Origin: an uncultured Gammaproteobacteria bacterium
Lineage (GTDB): Bacteria; Patescibacteriota; Microgenomatia; UBA1406; HO2-37-13b
Direction of reading: 5' to 3'
NCBI GenBank assembly: GCA_964476245.1
Contig: CAYYYW010000001.1
Span: 26,808 to 90,807, forward strand
Length of the DNA: 64,000 nucleotides
This document shows, piece by piece, positions 43,723 to 50,817 of this stretch (positions are counted from its first letter, which is position 1; the number at the start of each line of letters is the position of its first letter). The notes below the pieces were generated by a model. It saw nothing but the letters and a program-made list of their open reading frames with translations, had not been told where the DNA came from and did no database searches. Made by a program: the position numbers and the translations under genes.

Positions 43723-45081
43723 TCAAATAAAAAGTACCTTCTCAAACTCCTCTTTCTTCTCAAAAGGCCCAATAACGGCGAGATTTAATCTTTCTGGTTT
43801 AAATACATCAGAAGCTATACTAACTATATCATCAACAGTCACTTTTTCCAACTTTTTAATAACATCTTCCTGTGTTTCAATTTCGTTCTGAAGTAACTTT
43901 TTTGTCCCAAAGAATGAAGCAACGTTAAATGAGTCTTCCATTGATAAAAGTAGTCTCCCTTTAATCAACTCTTTGGCTTTTTTTAATTCTTCTCTTTTTA
44001 CTTCGCCTTTGACGATTTTTTGGTGCTCTTTTAAAATTAACTCTATGGCTTTTTTTAGCTTGTCAAGATTATTGGCTACACCCGCTTGAGTCACCATATT
44101 TCCAACGTCATGATAAAGTTCACGACCGGTAGAAATATAATAACAAAGGCCGAGGCGTTCACGCACCTCAATAAAAAGACGGGAGGACATTCCTCCGCCC
44201 AAGATTGTCGACAACAGACTTAAGGCGTATTTTCGGCTATCAAAAAAAGAAAAAGCCCGAAATCCCAAACAAAAATGCGTCTGTTCGGTTTTTTTATGTT
44301 TTAATAATAGTTGCGGACGAGTTTGTCTTTCCTCAACTTTTTGAAAAGATGCTTTTTCTCCATTTCGCCAACCGGAAAATTTTTCTTCAATCACCTTCAA
44401 ATAATAAGAAAGTGGAGACACCTGTTTTTGAGTCAATCGCTTGGGGGAACCCCCTTTAGGGGGTGAAGCAGACGAAAAAACACGGTGTCGAACGTTGTTT
44501 AACCCACCAGCAACCACTATAACCGCATTATTTGGTTGGTATAAATGATGTATATAATCATCAAAAGTATGTTTTTGGAACGTTTTAATAATCTCTTTTT
44601 TGCCAGATATATCATAGCCCAAAGGACTATCTTGATATAAAAGCCTTTCAAACAGATCTCCCACCTTCCGTTGCGGCATATCCTCATGCATATTAATCTC
44701 TTCAGCAATTACCCCTTTTTCCCTATTAATTTCTTCCGGTAAAAGCAATGAATTTTGTACCATGTCTGCGATCACGTCAATCACTGTTTCAAAATGCTCG
44801 GTGGTGGCTTTTATCCAATAACCGGTATGGTCTTTGCCCGTAAAAGCATTAAATATTCCGCCCAAGCCTTCAATGGTTGAGGAAATAACGAAGGAGTTGG
44901 GATACTTTTTGCTGCCCTTAAAAGCCATATGTTCAAAAAAGTGAGCAATGCCGTTATTTTTTTCGTTTTCAAAGCGGGATCCAGCGCCAACCAAAAGCAA
45001 AGTCGTTAAAGTGGGAAAGGCTTTTGTATCAATAAAAATAACCGGAAGGCCATTAGAAAGAGAATGAACTTGAGGTTTCAT
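43723..45081 (-). CDS. M16 family (insulinase/pitrilysin-like) zinc peptidase
   Basis: 452 aa with GIAHFFEHMAFKGS (HxxEH). Contains the in-frame GC-rich element 44417..44489. Confidence 0.8.
   Translation of the reverse strand: MKPQVHSLSNGLPVIFIDTKAFPTLTTLLLVGAGSRFENEKNNGIAHFFEHMAFKGSKKYPNSFVISSTIEGLGGIFNAFTGKDHTGYWIKATTEHFETVIDVIADMVQNSLLLPEEINREKGVIAEEINMHEDMPQRKVGDLFERLLYQDSPLGYDISGKKEIIKTFQKHTFDDYIHHLYQPNNAVIVVAGGLNNVRHRVFSSASPPKGGSPKRLTQKQVSPLSYYLKVIEEKFSGWRNGEKASFQKVEERQTRPQLLLKHKKTEQTHFCLGFRAFSFFDSRKYALSLLSTILGGGMSSRLFIEVRERLGLCYYISTGRELYHDVGNMVTQAGVANNLDKLKKAIELILKEHQKIVKGEVKREELKKAKELIKGRLLLSMEDSFNVASFFGTKKLLQNEIETQEDVIKKLEKVTVDDIVSIASDVFKPERLNLAVIGPFEKKEEFEKVLFI
44417..44489. repeat. 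GC-rich palindromic element in frame in the M16 peptidase
   Basis: gacacctgtttttgagtcaatcgcttgggggaaccccctttagggggtgaagcagacgaaaaaacacggtgtc, with inverted termini. Sister copy in leuS at 51803..51868. Confidence 0.7.
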
Positions 45082-45148
45082 CTCTCAATTCTACCTTAAA
45101 AAATAACCCTTGACAAGAAGAAGTAAATTATTTATTGGCACTTTCCTC

Positions 45149-46192
45149 TCAAATAGAATTTAAATATATAACTGCCTGATCTTTGTTGTCTTTTGTCACC
45201 CCAATGCATTTTATTCTCAAAATTAGCGGTTTTCTCTCTTTGTCTGGTAGTAAAACCCCTTCAAATTTACCATAGTTAGCACCTCTTGTTTGTGTGTCTC
45301 TAATGCCTACTTCAAGTGATGGAGGTACAGAACTCATCAACTTTGTGTGAGTAAGATCATTGATCCCCCTTCTATTTCGCGCTTCGAGTGTCTGCATTAT
45401 TAAACCAACATTCCTTTGAACTCCTTCCCAACTAACTGGAGGGAATTTTAACCGACTATTAATCTTTATTTTCCTCTCTTTTTCTTCATCATATAATGCT
45501 TGGGCTTCAGAAATTACTTTATCATAATTAACTGGCGAAGGTAAATTTAATTTACTTTGATAATTTGCTCCATCTGCCTCTATCTTCATGGGGATAATTA
45601 CAACCTGCCATCCTCCAGTATGATATTGGTGCTCATATTCCTCGTCTGTTTTCATTATCTGTTGAGTCACTGCTTCCCACAATGTTGATCCTCCGTTTTT
45701 CTTCGTCTCACAAACGTCAATATTAGAGTTGCCCCCATGAATAATAAACGAACTTTCAAGAGGCTCTCCTTCTTTAAGAACATAAACCATTGCTGGGCCA
45801 TCGATTGCTTGAGCATTTAACCAAAATTTAAGTTGGGCTTTTGCTGCGTATGGTGATTCACTTGCTGGTAAAGGAATAATCGCGTCAATAATCCGAGCTG
45901 TTTGTGCCCCAAGAGGAACTCCCAATTCTTTAGCCAATTGAGCGAGGGTTAACTTTTGTTGATTTTCTCCTTGAGAGTCCTGACGTAAATGAAGAGATAA
46001 CTCTGGAGAGTAAATCGGAAATTCCTGATCACTGGTAACTTTTACCGGCGCAGCTACTTCTCTAGAGGTTTTTAACTCTCTATATAAATGATCGGGATAG
46101 GTTCCGGTTGTAGAAACAGAGATCTGTAAAGCATTATGAACTCCATCAGTAAGCACCGGGCAGATACTAAATCCTTCTACCTTCTGACACAC
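45149..46192 (-). CDS. Hypothetical protein. Probably the C-terminal part of a single roughly 1087-codon frame interrupted by TAG at 46364..46366
   Basis: The track start is GTG with no usable SD. The frame stays open for 57 further codons upstream, right up to the stop of 46364..48412, and it is the same frame (both ORF end coordinates are 1 mod 3). There is no ATG for about 190 codons after the TAG. Confidence 0.5.
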   Translation of the reverse strand: MCQKVEGFSICPVLTDGVHNALQISVSTTGTYPDHLYRELKTSREVAAPVKVTSDQEFPIYSPELSLHLRQDSQGENQQKLTLAQLAKELGVPLGAQTARIIDAIIPLPASESPYAAKAQLKFWLNAQAIDGPAMVYVLKEGEPLESSFIIHGGNSNIDVCETKKNGGSTLWEAVTQQIMKTDEEYEHQYHTGGWQVVIIPMKIEADGANYQSKLNLPSPVNYDKVISEAQALYDEEKERKIKINSRLKFPPVSWEGVQRNVGLIMQTLEARNRRGINDLTHTKLMSSVPPSLEVGIRDTQTRGANYGKFEGVLLPDKERKPLILRIKCIGVTKDNKDQAVIYLNSI

Positions 46193-46363
46193 TCCAGCCA
46201 GTAATTGAAAAAGGCCAGCCCGTTGTGATGCGCAAACGTTTTCGTACCCTGGTTTTGTTCCTCCAATATACTCACTCGGTAATCTCCAGTTTTGTAAGAA
46301 GTATTCTGCAATTGTTAATGCTTCCCGATGGGGTGGAGGTTGACGCCTAAAACGTAGATCCTT

Positions 46364-48412
46364 CTACTCAATATTGTAACAAGCGTGGTAAAGTTGTTTA
46401 AAAGAAAATAATCCGGGCTTATCTCCTGTTTGATCTTCTGTAAAAATAACCAGGGCAGCCACCAGACGCTGTAACAAAATATCATCTTGATAAGCTCCGC
46501 AAAGAAGTTGTTCTTCATAGTGCATTATTTTTTTCCGGACCAACTTTTCTTCTCCCTCCGGTAATTCTGTGCTATAAGACGGGTTTAAATCTTCTTTTAT
46601 CACTGCTTCCCACATCCTTTCCCGCTCTCCCGGCCAAGCAAAACGGGCAGCTCTTTCATGATAGATTTTGACTAAATCGATAAGTAAGCCGTCGTATCCT
46701 TCTTTTGTAATTTCAGATTCATCAGAATTAACTATTAATTCTCTGGTTGCCCCTATCCATTCGGTATAGGTATCTATGGCATCCTGGTATTTATTGTTAC
46801 TTTCATACATTTTAGCTAATAAACGATAATAACGTTGTAGTCGCTCTAACGCCTGGAGGTAAGCCTCACTTAAAATCCCTTTATCTATTTGTTCATCTGG
46901 CTTGATCTGATGAGCAATAAATTTTGTCAGCTCTGCTCCCATTAATACTAAAGCTTCATGCTCTCGTGGTAAAATAGACCCATCCTCTCTTCCTAAAGTT
47001 TGGGTAATTGCTTGATCCACTTGATTAGATAATTCGTTAACAAATGAAAATATTTTTGGAAACTCTCCGATTGCTTGAGGTTTTAAATAATCACTCTCAA
47101 ATAACTCTTCAAGGTGATGAGTGATATTCTTGGCTTCTTTGACAGTATTGCCACTATGATAATTCATCGTATCAATCCAAACACAATGACAATAACACTC
47201 CTGCGCTCTCTGTCTGTATAATTGTCCATTTTCTCTCTCAAGATCATTATCTCTCGCCAGAATTGCATCAGTGTCGGCGGCGGTGTGTAATATGTCGCCT
47301 ATTTCTTGAACATCTGGTTGGCTGAGATTAATATGGATGTCGTCCTTACAAGTAGCCGTTATATGATTAACGATTGGATTAATAATTCTTTCGATATAAA
47401 TTGCTGTGTTCCTTTTAACTTCATCGTTTACTCCTTTAGAATAATTAGTAAATGGTCTTTGAACTTCTCTGATATTTCTAAGACACTGTTGAGCCATTTC
47501 TCCTCTTAAGCCATGTTGGTCCAGATCAACTCTAAGAGCTGAAAGATCAACCTGAACTAGCTTTTCAAGATTTTTAACTAATCTATCAATATCGTAGGCT
47601 TCATTTAAAAGAGCATTGGCATTTGATGGCATTGAGGCATGGATTTGTCCGTCTAAACAGTGGAAAACTGCTTCATCTTTTAAATGGTTTAGACTTTTGC
47701 TTATCTTAAGTCTGTCTGGTGAGGAATCAACAATATGATAATTATCAAGTCTGGAAAAAATCTCTTCTGCTTGAGATACTGCAGTTATAAAAGAAAATTT
47801 CTCTGCCGGAGTAAGTTCTTGTGCTTGACGAATATAATTTTTTAGTCCATCAATATCGTATATCCTGTAATCATCGCGTAATAGAATGCCGGGTAAAATT
47901 TCAATAACATCATTCGCCATCTTGTTTGTTGTTCTATCTTGAAGCACCGTCTCACCTTGCCCAACAACTTCATTAACATAGTCCCATGCTTCTTGTTTAA
48001 TCCCATCTCTCATTTTTTTATATTCATCAGTAATATAATAAACATCGTTACTATATTGCGAAAAAGCCCGTAATCGAAGACGAAAAACTCGCCTGTCCTC
48101 AGGATATCTTTCTGTAATATCGTCTAATACTTGGGAGAAGTATGGATGCTGAAGCTCTTGGCAGGCTGCCAAATGAGTCCAATTTGGGATATATCTCTCA
48201 AGCGTATCTAGAATAAAGGCTCTTTGTTTTGGATCGCCGTTTTCCAACCGCTGATCAATACCTTCGTATGCTTTCATGGCTTGCCATTCTTCACCAAGAT
48301 ATAAATGCTCAATGTGTCTTTTTATATCTCGGCGGGCTTCTTTAGGAGGTAAACCAAGACGATAAAGCGTACGCTCAGGAATGATTGTTGCTCCACGAAT
48401 ATGTTCTGTCAT
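46364..48412 (-). CDS. Hypothetical protein, 682 aa (N-terminal part of the interrupted frame)
   Basis: ATG start and long uninterrupted ORF. Acidic and helix-rich, with composition unlike the neighbours. Ends in TAG. Confidence 0.6.
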   Translation of the reverse strand: MTEHIRGATIIPERTLYRLGLPPKEARRDIKRHIEHLYLGEEWQAMKAYEGIDQRLENGDPKQRAFILDTLERYIPNWTHLAACQELQHPYFSQVLDDITERYPEDRRVFRLRLRAFSQYSNDVYYITDEYKKMRDGIKQEAWDYVNEVVGQGETVLQDRTTNKMANDVIEILPGILLRDDYRIYDIDGLKNYIRQAQELTPAEKFSFITAVSQAEEIFSRLDNYHIVDSSPDRLKISKSLNHLKDEAVFHCLDGQIHASMPSNANALLNEAYDIDRLVKNLEKLVQVDLSALRVDLDQHGLRGEMAQQCLRNIREVQRPFTNYSKGVNDEVKRNTAIYIERIINPIVNHITATCKDDIHINLSQPDVQEIGDILHTAADTDAILARDNDLERENGQLYRQRAQECYCHCVWIDTMNYHSGNTVKEAKNITHHLEELFESDYLKPQAIGEFPKIFSFVNELSNQVDQAITQTLGREDGSILPREHEALVLMGAELTKFIAHQIKPDEQIDKGILSEAYLQALERLQRYYRLLAKMYESNNKYQDAIDTYTEWIGATRELIVNSDESEITKEGYDGLLIDLVKIYHERAARFAWPGERERMWEAVIKEDLNPSYSTELPEGEEKLVRKKIMHYEEQLLCGAYQDDILLQRLVAALVIFTEDQTGDKPGLFSFKQLYHACYNIE

Positions 48413-48546
48413 AAGAATAATGTAATTATACTATATCCTATAATAAATGCAAGGAGGGAAACTTTTATGAATGAGGGAACGAGTTTTGCAAGCGACGAGT
48501 CGAAAGACTGAGCGGGCCGGTCTAGGACCTTTCAATCCCATAAGTG

Positions 48547-49248
48547 TTATGTATTCAATATAACCAGTTCATTAAACATGCTCTGTTCATCATCTTCCCA
48601 TTTTCCGGTCCAAGATAATGAAAATTCGTGAGAAATTTTTTTGGCATTATTGCTATAAATAGATATTTTGATCATATATTTCCCTGGAGTTAAACAATCC
48701 CACTGAGAATAGTATCTTTCAGGAAGTTCAAAGATAAACTTGTTGGTTGCTTGATCTCTATTAGAAAATCCTTTATATACGGAATCGTAATTGTCATCCG
48801 GATGCTGAATTCTACCTAAGTCACAATACATTTCTTTTTCTGGCTGGATTGTTCTTTTGTAAGGATCTCTAATTCCTGACCATTTTAAATTTACAGGTGA
48901 AAATTTTTTATTCTCTACCATCTCACCAGCGTTATTTTCTTTAAAAATCTTTTCTAGAAACACTTCGCACTCCTCTGCTTTAGTTTTGCCAAAATTCTCA
49001 ACTAAAAACCTAAAATAATAAACGGGAAAGTCCGAATTTTTACCAACCCTCCGTGTTTTATGACAATCTGGAGGTGCCAATTTAAATTTTATTCTTAATT
49101 TTGGCGAGAAGTATTTATGTTTCAACTTTTCAGCTAGATAAGGAGCATAAATAGCTATTATTCCCAAGAAAAGCGTCGAGCCAATCTGTACCCAGTTACT
49201 AATAGATATGCTCGAATTCATCAAAGCTGAACTTGAAGAAATTTTCAT
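48547..49248 (-). CDS. Hypothetical membrane-anchored protein, 233 aa
   Basis: ATG at 49248 (MKISSSSALMN...), one TM (WVQIGSTLFLGIIAIYAPYL). The track extension to 49326 reads through tRNA-Gln. Confidence 0.45.
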   Translation of the reverse strand: MKISSSSALMNSSISISNWVQIGSTLFLGIIAIYAPYLAEKLKHKYFSPKLRIKFKLAPPDCHKTRRVGKNSDFPVYYFRFLVENFGKTKAEECEVFLEKIFKENNAGEMVENKKFSPVNLKWSGIRDPYKRTIQPEKEMYCDLGRIQHPDDNYDSVYKGFSNRDQATNKFIFELPERYYSQWDCLTPGKYMIKISIYSNNAKKISHEFSLSWTGKWEDDEQSMFNELVILNT

Positions 49249-49254
49249 ATTTAG

Positions 49255-49325
49255 CTGCGAGGCAGGGATTCGAACCCCGATTACTTGGTTCAGAGCCAAG
49301 TGTGCTACCATTACACCACCTCGCA
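49255..49325 (-). tRNA. tRNA-Gln (anticodon CTG)
   Basis: The reverse complement TGCGAGGTGGTGTAATGGTAGCACACTTGGCTCTGAACCAAGTAATCGGGGTTCGAATCCCTGCCTCGCAG has a U1-A72 acceptor, anticodon stem CTTGG/CCAAG and loop CTCTGAA. Confidence 0.8.
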
Positions 49326-49407
49326 AAAATCATTCAACTCCAATTTTACCAAATTAAAATTGATTTTAGATAGGAAGAAACTACTTCTTGGTCTTACCCG
49401 CCACTAT

Positions 49408-49439
49408 TACCATCTACGCACGGTCGGGCAACAATGGTA
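49408..49439. repeat. Nested palindrome TACCATCTacgCACGGTCGGGCAACaATGGTA
   Basis: Same outer arms as the copies at 10048 and 10672. Confidence 0.65.
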
Positions 49440-49459
49440 ACCTCACACGCTCACATAAT

Positions 49460-49498
49460 TACCGTTTTTGTCCGATCGGACAGAAACAGAAATGGCTA
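49460..49498. repeat. Nested palindrome TACCgttttTGTCCGATCGGACAgaaacagaaATGGcTA
   Basis: Perfect inner palindrome TGTCCGATCGGACA. The right arm overlaps the stop codon (49496..49498) of paralog 2, mirroring the arrangement at 10048..10081. Confidence 0.7.
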
Positions 49499-50098
49499 TA
49501 TTCCAAAAAAAATCTTAGCAGCTTTTTCATCATCTATCCTTTCGGCAACAATGTATCTAATGTATCTTCCACCCTCAACTATTTGCTTGATCAAATCAAC
49601 CTCTTCTTTACACTCATATGGAAAAAGATAGACGCTTTTCTGATAGGGATAAAATCCTAAACCGCATAAAAAGCGTCTTAAATAGTGTCGTTTATTATTC
49701 TGCTCTTCCGGCACGTCAAAAATAACTAAATACCACTTCCCCGTCCATTCTTTCTTCTTCTTTTTAAGATCCAGCAAAGCTTTTAAAGAATACTTGATAA
49801 AGATGTCTTTTCTTCTTTCTTTAAGATGAACTAAAATGTCACTCCCTCTTTTTTCTATATCAATTAATTCTTTCTTCTCTAGATTTTTTAGAACTCTTTT
49901 TACCTTTTTTTCAGAAACTTTAAATCCTTTTATTTCTTCAATTACTTTGATAATTGAACCAATAACAATAGGAAAATTTGGAAAAACGAAGGTCCCGCCA
50001 ACAAATAATCCTAAGGCGATACTTTTCAAAACTATCTCTCTTAACTCTCCGTGTTGAAAACTTGGTTCGTTTGTTTTGTCTAATTTTCTCTGGGACAT
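49496..50098 (-). CDS. Membrane-associated wHTH protein with C-terminal PaaX_C/Cas2-like domain (paralog 2)
   Basis: 200 aa, collinear with 10071..10661: HGELREIVLKSIALGLFVGGTF..., KKVKRVLKNLEKKELIDIEKRG, WYLVIFDVPEEQNNKRHYLRRFLCGLGFYPYQKSVYLFP. Confidence 0.6.
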   Translation of the reverse strand: MSQRKLDKTNEPSFQHGELREIVLKSIALGLFVGGTFVFPNFPIVIGSIIKVIEEIKGFKVSEKKVKRVLKNLEKKELIDIEKRGSDILVHLKERRKDIFIKYSLKALLDLKKKKKEWTGKWYLVIFDVPEEQNNKRHYLRRFLCGLGFYPYQKSVYLFPYECKEEVDLIKQIVEGGRYIRYIVAERIDDEKAAKIFFGI

Positions 50099-50124
50099 AA
50101 TTGAGTCATAATGTTAATTTAAGA

Positions 50125-50156
50125 TACCATTGCTGTCCGATCGTGTCAAGATGGTA
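50125..50156. repeat. Nested palindrome TACCATtgcTGTCCGATCGtgtcAAGATGGTA
   Basis: Shares the GTCCGATCG core with 49460..49498. Lies 26 nt upstream of the ATG of paralog 2. Confidence 0.75.
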
Positions 50157-50164
50157 ACTAAGTT

Positions 50165-50752
50165 TTAAAGACCAATCTGTGAAGCGATTTCTTTCATTGA
50201 GTTTAAACAGATCTCAATAAATTTTTCTAAGGAAAGATTTAACCCTTCAGGCAAACTACATTTATTAATATCTTCTCTTCTTGTCCCGGCAGCAAACTTG
50301 GGTTCTTTAAAACGTTTTAACACCGATGATAATTTAACGTCAGCTAATTTTTTTGAAGGATAAACCAAGGTGGTGGCCACAATTAAACCAGTTAGACTAT
50401 CAGCACAAAAAATCGACCACTCTGCTTTTGATCTTGGCTGGACTCCTGTTAACTCAGGAGCGTGCGACTTTATTATTCGATGAATCGATTCATTGATAAT
50501 TAAACCATGTTTGGCTAAAACTTCGGTGGTTTTTTGGGGATGGGTAGCTTTAAATCCCCCTAAATAATCAATGTCATGAATTAATCCCGCCAGTAACCAC
50601 TCCTCTTTTGATGGTTCGTCTGGGGAAAGCAAATTATTGGCTTGAAAATAATTATAAAGCCCAGCCATACAGACCTCAACCGCTAAAGAATGTTTGAAAA
50701 TATTGGGTTCTAATTGTTGTTTTAATGCCTCAATATATTTTTGACGATCCAT
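50165..50752 (-). CDS. HD-domain phosphohydrolase
   Basis: HSLAVEVCMAGL ... LLAGLIHDIDY gives the H...HD motif. The track start (50809) is TTG; ATG 50752 (MDRQKYIEALK) is preferred. Confidence 0.65.
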   Translation of the reverse strand: MDRQKYIEALKQQLEPNIFKHSLAVEVCMAGLYNYFQANNLLSPDEPSKEEWLLAGLIHDIDYLGGFKATHPQKTTEVLAKHGLIINESIHRIIKSHAPELTGVQPRSKAEWSIFCADSLTGLIVATTLVYPSKKLADVKLSSVLKRFKEPKFAAGTRREDINKCSLPEGLNLSLEKFIEICLNSMKEIASQIGL

Positions 50753-50817
50753 GAATTTAGAAAATGGTTGTTGGAAAATAGAAAATCGTAATAGAAATTG
50801 GAAAATCAAATTTTAAT

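Noticed and set aside
46364-46366. Genome-wide reassignment of TAG as the explanation for the in-frame TAG
   Set aside because: TAG ends several ordinary genes at sensible positions (11845..11847, 18974..18976, 21022..21024, 22418..22420, 49496..49498). Any read-through would have to be local.
49249-49326. N-terminal 26 codons of track ORF 48547..49326
   Set aside because: The TTG-initiated extension runs through tRNA-Gln. The ATG at 49248 is used instead.
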